From contig CAVPSG010000002.1 of NCBI GenBank assembly GCA_963708395.1, positions 69,100-133,099 of the forward strand: a stretch of DNA of 64,000 nucleotides. The letters run 5' to 3'. The notes beneath the pieces are model-generated. The model was not told where the DNA came from, ran no database searches, and worked only from the letters and a program-made list of their open reading frames with translations. This DNA is from an uncultured Acidobacteriota bacterium. Its GTDB lineage: Bacteria; Acidobacteriota; Thermoanaerobaculia; UBA5066; Gp7-AA6. Shown piece after piece: positions 8,922 through 19,001 of this stretch. A program made the translations under genes and the position numbers. The number at the start of each line of letters is the position of its first letter. Positions within the stretch are counted from its first letter, which is position 1.

Positions 8922-9996
8922 ATGGATACGAAACTCCGTCAGCGCGTCCGCTACCTGCGCACGGAAGACGGCGTGCAGCTCGCCTGGGCCGAAATCGGCG
9001 CCGGCCCGGTCCTGATCAAGGCGGCGAACTGGCTGACCCATCTCGAGTACGAGCTGGAGAGCCCCGTCTGGGGGCACTGGATCCGCTTCCTCGGCGGCCA
9101 CTTCCGATTCCTGCGCTGGGACGAACGCGGCTGCGGGTTGACGGACCGAGAGGTCGAGGATCTCTCGTTCGAACGCTTGCTCGGAGACATCGACGCCGTG
9201 GCGGAGGCCGCGGGAGTCGAGGAGCCATTCGCACTGCTGGGGATCTCGTCCGGCGCCGCGATCTGCGCGGCCTACGCCGCGCGCCATCCGGAGCGGGTCT
9301 CGCGTTTGGTTCTCTACGGCGGCTACGCCCGCGGCTGGGCGCAGCGCGGCGATTCGGAAGGCGAACGCCAGTACCGCGCCATGCTCGAGCTGATGCGGGT
9401 CGGCTGGGGCAAGGAGAATCCGGTGTTCCGCCAGGTCTTCACGTCCCGCTTCATCCCCGGCGCGAGCGAAGCGCGGATCGGCTGGTTCAACGAGCTGTGC
9501 CGCCGGACCAGCACCGGCGAGGCGGCGGCGCGGCTCCTCGAGGCCCGCTCGACGGTCGAGGCCTCCGGCCTGCTCGGCGCGATCCAGGCGCCGACGCTCG
9601 TCATCCATTCCCGCGACGACGAGGTCTGCCCCGTTTCGGAAGCGCGCCTCCTGGCCGCCGGCATCCCGGGAGCCCAGTTCGTCGAGCTGGACTCCCGCAA
9701 CCACATCCTCCTCGAGGACGAGCCGGCGTGGGCGCGCTTCCAGGAAGTCGTCCTCGATTTCGCCGGCCTCCCGGCCCCGCTCGGGGAGGACCCCGCGTTC
9801 GGCCAGCTCACGGCCCGCGAACGCGAGGTCCTCGTGCTGATCACGCGAGGGGCTCGCCAACGCCGACATCGGCGAGCGCCTCGCGATCAGCGAGAAGACC
9901 GTTCGCAACCACATCTCGAATCTCTTCGACAAGCTCGGCGTGTGGACCCGGGCGCAGGCAATCGTCTTCGCCCGCGACCGGGGGTTCAGGCCTTAG
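8922..9996 (+). pseudogene. alpha/beta hydrolase-LuxR HTH fusion regulator, frame break in a G4 run (or assembly indel)
   Basis: N-terminal hydrolase fold (LLGISSGAAICAAYAARHPERV, HSRDDEV, NH). After LTAREREVLVLITRG the frame shifts at GGGG 9849-9852. The next frame reads LANADIGERLAISEKTVRNHISNLFDKLGVWTRAQAIVFARDRGFRP, ending at TAG 9994-9996. Confidence 0.8.
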
Positions 9997-10907
9997 CTCG
10001 ACAGCGCCCTGGCGACGGCCTCGAGCTTCGCCGGCCCTCTCCGCGTCAGCTCACTCACGATCCGGACGAACTTCGGATGCTCCAGACCGGAGACGAGGAA
10101 CGTCCATCGGTAGGCGCGGAGGGTATTCCGCTTGATCTCCGCCTTCTCATCCTCGGACAGAGTCCGCCCGATGGCGTGCGCGAGGCTCTCGAGATCCAGG
10201 TCTGCCTGCTGCGACAGCAGGCCATCGACTGCGCCGCCCAGCTCGAGCAGCTCGTCGACGGCCGTCTCGCGATCCTTCTCGCTGATCTCCCGGGTGATCT
10301 CGTCGATCAGCAGCGAATCGATCTTCGCGTGCTGGGCCTCGTCCATCCAGTGATACCGGATCAGGTCGCGGAACAGTCCGTCGAGCTCGCTTCGATCGCG
10401 CACGTGCTCGACGTAATGCGACTGCGTGAACCACTCGATCATGCTGGTCAGCAGATAGCTGCAGAGCCGCGACTTGCTCAGCACCACGCGGGCGACTTCC
10501 TCGCGGCCGGGGATCAGGCCGCATTTGACGCCGAAGCCTTTCTCGAACAGCGCCGTCGATCGCCGAAACAGCTCCTGGTGCTTCGACTCGTCCTCGGCGA
10601 ACCGCAGCAGCGTCCGCAGCCGAGTCTCGTCGCCGTAGATGTCCCGCTCGGCGGCTTCCAGCGCCTGCGGAATGATGTACTCCTCCACGAAGGCGAAGAT
10701 GTGGCAGTACGCGTTGCCCATGATCTGATTCAGCTTGAGCTTCTCACCGTCGTTCAGGCAGCGAATGCCGTCCACTCCCGAGAGTCGATCGGGAAGGAAT
10801 CGCTTCGAGTAGTCGAAGTCCCGGCCTTCGAGAACCTGGCGCTCCGTCCAGGCCACCTTGAGCGAGTTCTGCAGGATCTCCGGGTACGAGTAGTCGTGGG
10901 TGAGCAT
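9993..10907 (-). CDS. ferritin-like diiron oxygenase (AurF-like family)
   Basis: 304 aa from the ATG at 10907 with AAGGAGG RBS. Paired ExxH motifs (EDESKHQELF, DEAQHAKID) plus the EEYIIP and MIEWFTQSHY helices fit a diiron carboxylate four-helix bundle. Confidence 0.55.
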   Translation of the reverse strand: MLTHDYSYPEILQNSLKVAWTERQVLEGRDFDYSKRFLPDRLSGVDGIRCLNDGEKLKLNQIMGNAYCHIFAFVEEYIIPQALEAAERDIYGDETRLRTLLRFAEDESKHQELFRRSTALFEKGFGVKCGLIPGREEVARVVLSKSRLCSYLLTSMIEWFTQSHYVEHVRDRSELDGLFRDLIRYHWMDEAQHAKIDSLLIDEITREISEKDRETAVDELLELGGAVDGLLSQQADLDLESLAHAIGRTLSEDEKAEIKRNTLRAYRWTFLVSGLEHPKFVRIVSELTRRGPAKLEAVARALSS

Positions 10908-11039
10908 GTGACCCCTCCTTTCGCTCCCACGATCGCGCCCGTACCGCTGCCCCACAATGGGAACTCCGTCCCGGAGCGGCCGCTTCGGAGCCGATTGGCT
11001 GGGACATTTGTCCCAGGGGGCCGGTCTCGCCGGCTCCGG

Positions 11040-11426
11040 TCAGGCGGGCTGATAGAGCTGAATCAGGTTGCCGCAGCCGTCGGAGAAGACGGCGATCTTC
11101 ACGGGGCCCGCGGGCGACGGCTCCATCGTGAACGCGACACCGCGCCTCTTCAGGCGCTCGAATTCGGCCGCGATATCCCGCACTTCGAAGGCGGCGATCG
11201 GAATACCCTGCGCGAACATCGCTTCCTGGAAGGTCTTCGCGGCGGGATTCGCGTTCGGTTCCAGCGCGAGCTGAACGTCGTCGGGGCCCTCGGGGGAAGT
11301 GACCGTGATCCAGCGATATTCGCCGACGGGAAAGTCCGCCTTGGTCTTGAACCCGAGGACCTCGGTATAGAACTTCTGCGCCTTCGCCTGATCGTTCACC
11401 ATGACGCTCGTGAGCTTGATCTGCAT
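11040..11426 (-). CDS. VOC (glyoxalase/bleomycin-resistance) family protein
   Basis: 128 aa. VMVNDQAKAQKFYTEVLGFK...VQLALEP...VFSDGCGNLIQLYQ is the typical VOC beta-alpha-beta-beta-beta pattern. Confidence 0.85.
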   Translation of the reverse strand: MQIKLTSVMVNDQAKAQKFYTEVLGFKTKADFPVGEYRWITVTSPEGPDDVQLALEPNANPAAKTFQEAMFAQGIPIAAFEVRDIAAEFERLKRRGVAFTMEPSPAGPVKIAVFSDGCGNLIQLYQPA

Positions 11427-11465
11427 CGCCTTCCTCCGCGTCGGAGTGTGGTCGAGCGGCGCCCC

Positions 11466-11909
11466 CTATGCTTCTCGAAAACTGCGAAATGCCGAGGGCG
11501 GCAGACGGCTCATGAGGGCGAGGCAGCCCGGAAAGAGCTCCCGCGGCAGCGTGCCCGGCACCGGGACCATCGCGCGCGCCTTCCGGCGGAACGAGGAGGG
11601 CGTCTCGCCGACGCGGCGGGTGAAGAGATCGCTGAAGCTGCCGAGGCTCGAAAACCCCACCTCCATGCAGACGTCGGTCACCGAGAGCTCCCCCATCGCC
11701 AGGAGCCGCTTCGCTCGTTCGAGGCGGGCCTCGATCCGAAGCTGATGCGGCGTTTGCCCGAAGACGGCATCGAACTGGCGGATGAAGTGGAACGGGGAGA
11801 TCCGCGCCTCCCGGGCGACCTCGGCGACCGAGAGAGGCGTCTCCGGAATCTCCGTCAGGGACCGGCGCGCGCTGCAGAGACGGCGAAACACCTCCGGCCG
11901 GATCACCAT
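11466..11909 (-). CDS. AraC family transcriptional regulator
   Basis: 147 aa. LSVAEVAREARISPFHFIRQFDAVFGQTPHQLRIEARLERAKRLL...VTDVCMEVGFSSLGSFSDLFTRRVGETP is the dual HTH_AraC domain. Confidence 0.85.
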   Translation of the reverse strand: MVIRPEVFRRLCSARRSLTEIPETPLSVAEVAREARISPFHFIRQFDAVFGQTPHQLRIEARLERAKRLLAMGELSVTDVCMEVGFSSLGSFSDLFTRRVGETPSSFRRKARAMVPVPGTLPRELFPGCLALMSRLPPSAFRSFREA

Positions 11910-12077
11910 GACGGCCGAGTCTAGCGCCTCGCTCGAGCATCAGCAGGCCGGCGGAAGGGCTCTCGAGCGGGTGCGCGGCTCTCTGCGACCGTTCGCCGGG
12001 ACACTTTGGGGCGGGCGACATAAGCCCAATGGGCAACTACCCCGTGCCACCCGTTGAGTGTTAAGAGGTTCGAGGAC

Positions 12078-15000
12078 ATGGATGCACCCGCCGACGAGAA
12101 ACCCGCCGGAAGCGGCCGCCTGCCGCGCAGGCTTCTCGCCTGGCTGCGAAACTGGCGACTCCGGAGCTGGCGCACCGCCCTGCTCGGCCTCTGGATCGCC
12201 TGGTTGATCGTCGGCTTCCTCGTCATCCCTCCCATCGTCCGGCATCTGCTGATCGAAAATCTCCGGAGGCGAGCGGGCCTCGAGGCCACCGTCCGATCGG
12301 TCCGATTCAACCCCTTCACTCTCTCGCTCACCATCGAAGGCCTGTCCATCCCCGATCGCCGCGGCTCCGTGCTCTTCTCCGCCGACGAGATCTATGCCAA
12401 TGCCGAGCTCTCCAGCCTCTTCCGCTGGGCGGCGACCCTGAGCGAGTTCCGCATGGTGAATCCCGTCATCGGGGCGAAGCGCTTCGCCGACGGCCGGATC
12501 AACGTGGCCGAGGTGATCGAGGAGGTCCGGAAGAGGCAACCTCCTCATGCTCCCCAGCCCAAGCCGGATTCGGGCCTGCCCCGAGCGCTGCTGCAGCACA
12601 TCAAGATCAGCGGAGCCACGATCAACGTCGAGGACCAGGCGCGCGCCAAGCCTCTGAAGATGGCCATCGGGCCGTCCGTGTTCGAGCTCTCCGAAGTCAG
12701 CACGATCCCTCAACGCCAGGGCACGAAGGAGATCGCGATCCGCCTGCCCGGATCGGGCGTCGTTCGCGCCACGGGGAGCGTGACGGTGCAGCCGCTCGGC
12801 ATCGAAGGGGACGTGAAGCTCGAAGACCTGCACCTCAAGGAGCTCTGGCCTCTGCTCGAACCCTACTTCCAGTTCACGGTCGAGAGTGGCGAGCTGACGG
12901 GCCGCCTTCACTACGCGGTCGCGGCCGCGGACGGCAAGGTCCGAGCCCGCGTCAACGATTTCGAGACGGCACTGAAAGGCCTGACCGTCATGAGCCAGGG
13001 TGATCGAGTGCTCGAAGTCCCGGCCGCCACGATCACGAAAGGGAGTTTCCGCTGGCCGGAAGCCGAGCTCGTCGTGGAGCGGCTGCGGCTCGAGCGGCCG
13101 AGCGTGCTGGTCCAGCGGGACGCCGACGGAAAGATGAGCTGGGAACGGATGGTTCCCGCGCCGACGCGCGAGGTCGTCGTCCAGACGTACCAGGAGATCG
13201 AGAAGGCCGCGCCCTGGACCGTCGATGTCGCCCATTTCGAGGTCGTCGGCTCGCACGGCCGCTTCCAGGACCGCACCCTCAACCCGCCCGTATCGCTCGA
13301 AGCGAGCGACATCCAGATGGCGATCACGGGCTTCACGACCCGCCCGGGCGCATTCTTCGGCGTCCAGTTCTCGTCCTCGCTTCCCAAAGGCGGGACGACG
13401 AAGTCGAATGGCCGGTTCAGCATGAAGCCCGTAAGATTCGAGGCGGACGTCGCGCTCGACGGCCTCGACCTGACCGTCGCGCAGCCCTACCTGGGCCGCC
13501 TGTTTCCATTCGAGATCCTTTCCGGGCGCGCGGGATCGAAGGGAAAAGTCGCGGGCGCCGTCGACGGGAAGAAGGGCGTCTCGGCGAAGTTCGCCGGCGA
13601 CCTCGATGTCCGAACGATGGCGCTGCGCGAGACGGTCACGGGCTCGACGCCTCTGAAATGGGATGCGGTGCAGGTTCGCGGCGTCGAGGCCGGATACGGT
13701 CCCACGGCCATCGCGGTCAAGTCGGTCGACGTTCACCGCGCGGGAATCGACCTCGTCATCTCGGAGAGGGGCGCGCTCAGCGTTCTCGAGGTCCAGAAAC
13801 GGCTCGCCGCGAGCTCGTCGAAGGATTCGCGACCGCCTCACGCATCGCCGGCGCCGGAGCCGGGGCCGACGCCGGGGCCGAAGCAAGCGAACCCGATCCC
13901 GATCCGCGTCGATTCGGTCGTCCTCGCCGACTGTTCCGTCGCCCTGACGGATCATCGGCTGCGTCCTCCCTACACGCTGGCCGTCGAGCGCATCCAGGGA
14001 ACGGTCAAGGGAATCGCGACCGCGACCTCATCCTCCAGGCATTCCCCGGCGCAGATCGAGATCGGCGCCGCCTTGCGCGGCGGCGGCGACATCTCGTTGA
14101 AGGGAGCGATGGATCTCTTCCAGATCGGCCGCGCGACGAACCTGAAGCTCGGCCTGCAGCGGATCGAGTTCCCGCCCCTGTCTCCCATGTCGGTCCATTA
14201 CCTGGGCTATCCGGTCACCAGGGGTCACAGCGACCTCGACCTCGCCTATGCGATCAAAGATCAGCACCTGAAGGGCGCCAATCAGATCGTGACGCACGAC
14301 CTGACGCTCGGCGACAAGGTCGAGGGCGAAGGGAAGGTGAATCTTCCGATCAAGCTCGGCGTCTCGCTACTGACGGACAAGGAAGGCCGCATCACGCTCG
14401 ACGTTCCCGTCGAGGGCCGGCTCGACGACCCGAAGTTCGGCGTCGGCACCGCGATCGGAGGAGCGATGGGTGGCGTCGTCTCCGGGATCATCAAGTCTCC
14501 GTTCCGTCTGCTCTCGAAAATCGGCGGCGGGAAAGAGGAGGAGGATCTGGGCCACGTCGAGTTTCCCGCCGGGAGCTCGGCGCTCGAACCGGCGTCCGCC
14601 GAGCGGCTCAAGACCCTGGCGACCGGCCTGAAGGCGCGCCCGGAATTGCGGATCGTGGTGCCGGGCGCCTGGGACGACGCCGCCGACGGGACGGCGCTGC
14701 GGGAGGCGGCGCTCCGGAAACGGCTCGGCGAAGAGGCCGGCGGATCCTCTGCGTCGGTGTCGGCTCTCGAAAAGATCTACCTGGAGACCGCGACACGCGA
14801 TGATCTCGCGGCCTTGCGTGGCGCTCAGGAGAAGTCCGGCGCCGCGGGAGAAAAGCCGGCCCTCGACGAGGCGGCCTACGCGAGCGAGCTGCGCCGCAAG
14901 ATCGCCGCCTCCCAGCCGATCCCCGCCGGCGAGCTCGAGAAACTCGGTCAGGCGCGCGCCGACGCTGTCCGGGCGGCCCTGGTCGACGCCGCGGGAGTCG

Positions 15001-15134
15001 ATGCGACTCGGGTCGAGCTGCCGGCGCCGCGCGCCGTCAAGGGCTCCACGAAAGGGCGCGTCCGCTTGACGCTCGAAGTGGCCGGCGCCACCGAGGCGGC
15101 GGAATCGCCTCAGGACGCAGGAACCGCGTCCTGA
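12078..15134 (+). CDS. DUF748 domain-containing protein (AsmA-like, N-terminal anchor)
   Basis: About 1018 aa. N-terminal TM (ALLGLWIAWLIVGFLVIPPIV), repeated 'SV.FNPFTLSL.I.GL.I' blocks, and the characteristic C-terminal GRITLDVPVEGRLDDPKFGVG...IKSPFRLL. ATG at 12078 has a GAGGA RBS, while the track starts at TTG 12054. Confidence 0.8.
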   Translation: MDAPADEKPAGSGRLPRRLLAWLRNWRLRSWRTALLGLWIAWLIVGFLVIPPIVRHLLIENLRRRAGLEATVRSVRFNPFTLSLTIEGLSIPDRRGSVLFSADEIYANAELSSLFRWAATLSEFRMVNPVIGAKRFADGRINVAEVIEEVRKRQPPHAPQPKPDSGLPRALLQHIKISGATINVEDQARAKPLKMAIGPSVFELSEVSTIPQRQGTKEIAIRLPGSGVVRATGSVTVQPLGIEGDVKLEDLHLKELWPLLEPYFQFTVESGELTGRLHYAVAAADGKVRARVNDFETALKGLTVMSQGDRVLEVPAATITKGSFRWPEAELVVERLRLERPSVLVQRDADGKMSWERMVPAPTREVVVQTYQEIEKAAPWTVDVAHFEVVGSHGRFQDRTLNPPVSLEASDIQMAITGFTTRPGAFFGVQFSSSLPKGGTTKSNGRFSMKPVRFEADVALDGLDLTVAQPYLGRLFPFEILSGRAGSKGKVAGAVDGKKGVSAKFAGDLDVRTMALRETVTGSTPLKWDAVQVRGVEAGYGPTAIAVKSVDVHRAGIDLVISERGALSVLEVQKRLAASSSKDSRPPHASPAPEPGPTPGPKQANPIPIRVDSVVLADCSVALTDHRLRPPYTLAVERIQGTVKGIATATSSSRHSPAQIEIGAALRGGGDISLKGAMDLFQIGRATNLKLGLQRIEFPPLSPMSVHYLGYPVTRGHSDLDLAYAIKDQHLKGANQIVTHDLTLGDKVEGEGKVNLPIKLGVSLLTDKEGRITLDVPVEGRLDDPKFGVGTAIGGAMGGVVSGIIKSPFRLLSKIGGGKEEEDLGHVEFPAGSSALEPASAERLKTLATGLKARPELRIVVPGAWDDAADGTALREAALRKRLGEEAGGSSASVSALEKIYLETATRDDLAALRGAQEKSGAAGEKPALDEAAYASELRRKIAASQPIPAGELEKLGQARADAVRAALVDAAGVDATRVELPAPRAVKGSTKGRVRLTLEVAGATEAAESPQDAGTAS

Positions 15135-15176
15135 GGTCGGTCATCTCCTCGATCCCCCGGCGCCAGTCATCCCCGA

Positions 15177-15905
15177 TCACCGCAACCGCAGAGCCAGCAG
15201 CCCCGCGACGATCAGCCCAGCCAATAGGAGCGCTCTCATCATGGGAGAAAGGTCGGGAATCGCGGCGGGAATCACTGCCGCGACGAAGGAAGTTCTCGGG
15301 GAAATCAGATCGATACAGAAAACCCCCTGGCCGGAGGTCTCCGTGACGGCCAGGGTCGCTTCATAGACCCCGGCCGGATCGTTCACCAGCGGGAAACCGG
15401 GAGCGCCGTTGTAGGTCAGGCTCAGAACGGCATTCGCCGACGAAATTGGTTGCCCGATGTTGGCCCGGCAGTGGATGGTGATGGGAAGCGCTCCCGGGTT
15501 GGAGAGCTGATAGGTCCGCGTGACGTCTGTCGGACCCGCCGGAATCGGAAGCGAAGGGCCGACGAGAGTCAGCGGCATCGACGCCGGAAGGGGCACGAAG
15601 CCGCCGGAGGCCGTCGTACCCAGGCTGCCCTGTGTCGTGAAAACCCAGTTCACGCCGTAGAGGATCGTCACATCGAGCCGGTCGAGCTTTCCGCCGTCAT
15701 AGACCGCCGTGATCTGAATGGGCGCGGGCGTGCCCTGGGGAGGCCAGACGGAGGCGTTGAAAGACGTGACCGCGATGACGTCGCCGGCCTTGCCGCAGTT
15801 CTTGAACGGAAGGGGAACCGCCGCGGCGTCGCTTGCGCAGACCCCGAGGACCACGGCGGACGCCAGGAGCGTCCCGCGCATCCTCGCCTGGATTGGTGAT
15901 TTCAA
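15177..15905 (-). CDS. secreted protein with C-terminal IPTL/PEP-CTERM-like sorting signal
   Basis: Signal peptide, a beta-rich body, and a C-terminus IPDLSPMMRALLLAGLIVAGLLALRLR (motif + TM + basic tail). Confidence 0.6.
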   Translation of the reverse strand: MKSPIQARMRGTLLASAVVLGVCASDAAAVPLPFKNCGKAGDVIAVTSFNASVWPPQGTPAPIQITAVYDGGKLDRLDVTILYGVNWVFTTQGSLGTTASGGFVPLPASMPLTLVGPSLPIPAGPTDVTRTYQLSNPGALPITIHCRANIGQPISSANAVLSLTYNGAPGFPLVNDPAGVYEATLAVTETSGQGVFCIDLISPRTSFVAAVIPAAIPDLSPMMRALLLAGLIVAGLLALRLR

Positions 15906-15977
15906 GGACAGTAAAGGGTAGCACGCACCGAGAAGAGACCGGGGCCGATCAGGGAATCGTCAGGGCGGAGCGTGACC

Positions 15978-17429
15978 TCACAGCTTGACGCAGATGTTCT
16001 TCGCTTCGGTGAAGAAGTCGAGCGAATCGAATCCGCCCTCGCGCCCGAGGCCGCTCTCCTTCATTCCGCCGAAGGGAACGCGAAGATCCCGCAGCAGCCA
16101 CGTGTTGACCCAGACCGTCCCGCTCTCGATCGCCGCGGCGACGCGATGGGCCTTCTGGAGGTCGCGGGTCCAGACGCTCGACGAAAGTCCATAGCGCGTG
16201 CCGTTGGCGTAGGCGATCGCCTCTTCGGGAGAATCGAAGGGCGTGACGGTGACGACGGGCCCGAAGATCTCCTCCTGCATGACGCGCTTCTGGCAGTCGA
16301 GGCCGGCGATCACCGTCGGCTCCAGAAAGTAGCCGCTCCGCACGCGCTCCGGAAGGTCTTGGGGACGGTTTCCGCCGACGAGGATCCGGCCGCCCTCTTC
16401 TTTCGCGAGCGCGACATAGCCTTCGACCTTGCGGCGGTGCGCCTCGCTCACGAGCGCGCCGATGTCGGTCGAATCGTCCTGAGGATCCCCGATCCGGAGC
16501 TTCTTCGTTCCCTCCAGAAAGCGGTCGAGGAACTCGTCGAAGATGGTCCTCTCGACGAACAGACGCGATCCGCAAAGGCAGATCTCCCCCTGGTTGGCGA
16601 AGCTCGATTGAATCGACGTGGCGACAGCCTGCTCGAGGTCGGCGTCGGCGAACACGATGTTCGGATTCTTTCCTCCGAGCTCCAGAGACACCTTCTTGAA
16701 AAGCGGTCCCGCCTGGGCCATCACGTCCGCGCCGGTCTTCGTTCCGCCGGTGAAGGAAATGAGCGGCACCTTGGGATGCGACGTGAGGGCGCGGCCGGCG
16801 CTCCCTCCGGGGCCGTGCACGATGTTGACGACGCCGGGCGGAATTCCGGCCTCGAGCGTCAGTGCGGCGAGCCGATCGGCGGTCAGCGGCGTGAGCTCCG
16901 AAGGCTTCGCCACGCAACAATTCCCCGCGGCGACGGCCGGAGCGATCTTCCAGGTCAGGAGGTACAGCGGCAGGTTCCAGGGTGAGATCAGCCCGGCGAC
17001 GCCGAGGGGTTGCCGGATCGTGTAGTTGAGCGCCCGATCGTCCGTCATGTGGCAGGGCGTTTCGGCATGCAGGATCGCGGTCGCGAAGAACCGGAAGTTC
17101 CGGACGGCTCGGGGAACGTCGATCCGGCGCGCGAGCGCGATCGGCTTCCCGCTGTCTTCCGATTCGAGCCGCGCCAGCTCGTCGAAGTTCTCCTCGAGGA
17201 GCTCGGCAACCCGGATCAGGAGGCGGGATCGCTCTTCGGCGGGCGTCCGGCGCCATGACGCGAACGCGCGGGACGCGGCCGCGACCGCGGCATCCACGTC
17301 GTCCGGGCCGCTTTCCGAGATCTCGGCGATGACCTGCCCCGTCGCCGGGTCGACGTCCGGAATGTATCGCCCGGAGCAGGGGGGCCGGAACCCGCCGTCG
17401 ATGAAATTGAGGACCGTTTTCACCGCCAC
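15978..17429 (-). CDS. NAD-dependent aldehyde dehydrogenase, probable 2-aminomuconate/2-hydroxymuconate semialdehyde dehydrogenase
   Basis: 483 aa ALDH. FTGGTKTG, ELGGKNP and EICLCGSRLFV (catalytic Cys) are present. The function is inferred from the kynurenine cluster context. Confidence 0.8.
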   Translation of the reverse strand: MAVKTVLNFIDGGFRPPCSGRYIPDVDPATGQVIAEISESGPDDVDAAVAAASRAFASWRRTPAEERSRLLIRVAELLEENFDELARLESEDSGKPIALARRIDVPRAVRNFRFFATAILHAETPCHMTDDRALNYTIRQPLGVAGLISPWNLPLYLLTWKIAPAVAAGNCCVAKPSELTPLTADRLAALTLEAGIPPGVVNIVHGPGGSAGRALTSHPKVPLISFTGGTKTGADVMAQAGPLFKKVSLELGGKNPNIVFADADLEQAVATSIQSSFANQGEICLCGSRLFVERTIFDEFLDRFLEGTKKLRIGDPQDDSTDIGALVSEAHRRKVEGYVALAKEEGGRILVGGNRPQDLPERVRSGYFLEPTVIAGLDCQKRVMQEEIFGPVVTVTPFDSPEEAIAYANGTRYGLSSSVWTRDLQKAHRVAAAIESGTVWVNTWLLRDLRVPFGGMKESGLGREGGFDSLDFFTEAKNICVKL

Positions 17430-17485
17430 GAGATCCTATCCCCGGTTTGAATCGCTCCGGGCGTCGTGGTACGAAGCGAGCCCAG

Positions 17486-18592
17486 ATGGAAAAAGAAAAG
17501 CCCCGCGGCCCTCTTTACTACGCGGACTACCTCCAGCTCGAACGGCTGCTCGGATGCCAGCAGATGCAGAGCGCTCTCCATGGCCGGCCGGCGCACGACG
17601 AGATGCTCTTCATCATCGTTCATCAGACCTACGAGCTGTGGTTCAAACAGATCCTGTGGGAGCTCGACGCGGTGCTCGCGACCTTTCGCGGCGCTCGGGT
17701 CGCGGAGGAGGAGCTCGGGCAGGCGGCCCTGCGATGCGGGCGCATCGTCGAGATCCAGCGCGTCCTGATTCAACAGGTCGACGTTCTCGAGACCATGACG
17801 CCTCTCGACTTCCTCGACTTCCGGGACGAGCTCTTCCCGGCATCGGGCTTCCAGAGCGTTCAATTCCGTCTCATCGAGAACAAGCTTGGAATGCGTCGCG
17901 GCGACCGTCTTCAGATCAACGACGCTCCGTACACGTCGCGCTTCACCAAAGAGGATGCCGCGCGCGTCGAGGCCTCCGAGAAGGAGCCTTCGCTCTTCGA
18001 TTTGATCGAGGGTTGGCTCGAGCGAACGCCCTTTCTCCACTTCGGCGATTTCGATTTCTGGCGAGAGTATCGGCGGGCGGTCGACGTCATGCTCGCGGCC
18101 GACCGTGCCTCGATCCGGGGAAACCCGACTCTGACGGAAGGCGAGAAAGCCACCCAGCTCTCGGGAGTCGAGGCGACGGCGCGACGGTTCGCGGACCTGT
18201 TCGAGCCGGAAGCCGGCGAGACCCGAAGCGCGGCCGCGTCGGGTCGTCACCTCTCCCGGCGCGCGCTCCAGGCGGCGCTCCTCATCAATCTCTATCGGGA
18301 CGAGCCGATTCTGCACCTGCCCTTCCGCCTGCTCGCAGTCCTCGCGGACATCGAAAGGAACTTCACGACCTGGCGCCAGCGCCACGCCCAGATGGCGATG
18401 CGGATGATCGGCACCCGCATCGGCACCGGCGGCACGTCGGGTCATGAGTATCTCGACCGGGCGGCCGAGCGTCACAAGGTCTTCTCGGATCTCTCGGCTC
18501 TTTCGAGCTTCTTCATTCCCCGGTCGGCGCTTCCCAAACTTCCTCCCGACGTGAGGAGCCGGATGGGATTCGAGTTCAAGTCTCCGCGATGA
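17486..18592 (+). CDS. kynA: tryptophan 2,3-dioxygenase
   Basis: [14 protein letters not shown]...[25 protein letters not shown]...[16 protein letters not shown]...[11 protein letters not shown] are hallmark TDO motifs. ATG at 17486 is preferred over the track start at 17447. Confidence 0.9.
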   Translation: MEKEKPRGPLYYADYLQLERLLGCQQMQSALHGRPAHDEMLFIIVHQTYELWFKQILWELDAVLATFRGARVAEEELGQAALRCGRIVEIQRVLIQQVDVLETMTPLDFLDFRDELFPASGFQSVQFRLIENKLGMRRGDRLQINDAPYTSRFTKEDAARVEASEKEPSLFDLIEGWLERTPFLHFGDFDFWREYRRAVDVMLAADRASIRGNPTLTEGEKATQLSGVEATARRFADLFEPEAGETRSAAASGRHLSRRALQAALLINLYRDEPILHLPFRLLAVLADIERNFTTWRQRHAQMAMRMIGTRIGTGGTSGHEYLDRAAERHKVFSDLSALSSFFIPRSALPKLPPDVRSRMGFEFKSPR

Positions 18593-18974
18593 TCTTCAGC
18601 TCGACCGAGATCGGGACCGGGAGCGCCACGACGCCGACAGTCGTTCTCGTCGGCCGGATGCCCTCGAAGTACTCCGCATAGACCCGGTTGAACGCGGCGA
18701 AGTCGCGGTCGATGTTCGTCAGAAAGACCGTCACGTCGGCCACTTTCTCGAGCGAGCTCCCGGCGTCCTCGAGAATAGCCTTCACGTTCTCGATGCACGC
18801 GCGCGTCTGAGCCTCGATCCCTTCGGGAATCTGCTCGGTCTCGCGATGCCGCGGGCCGATCCCGGAAAGGAACAGCAGATTCCCGACCCGGCGAGCGTGC
18901 GGATAGGGACCGAGAGGCCGCGGAGCGCGCGAGGACACGGTGGATGGAGTCGGGCTCTTCGAGTCGGATTTCAC
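18576..18974 (-). CDS. RidA/YjgF family deaminase (2-aminomuconate deaminase candidate)
   Basis: 132 aa. [20 protein letters not shown]...[23 protein letters not shown]...[13 protein letters not shown]. Its 3' end overlaps the kynA 3' end by 17 nt (convergent). Confidence 0.8.
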   Translation of the reverse strand: MKSDSKSPTPSTVSSRAPRPLGPYPHARRVGNLLFLSGIGPRHRETEQIPEGIEAQTRACIENVKAILEDAGSSLEKVADVTVFLTNIDRDFAAFNRVYAEYFEGIRPTRTTVGVVALPVPISVELKIIAET

Positions 18975-19001
18975 GCCGATATACTACGCGCGAGGAACGC
19001 G

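Noticed and set aside
8841-11924. A 1027-aa ORF, the longest in the track.
   Set aside because: Only its first ~335 codons are real (the hydrolase-LuxR gene). After the G4 frameshift it runs antisense through three well-supported minus-strand genes (diiron oxygenase, VOC, AraC) with an Arg/Leu/Gly-rich composition typical of high-GC shadow ORFs.
11940-13955. A 671-aa minus-strand ORF.
   Set aside because: It is antisense to the DUF748 gene, which has the characteristic N-terminal anchor and C-terminal LDDPKF motif. Its composition is shadow-ORF-like.
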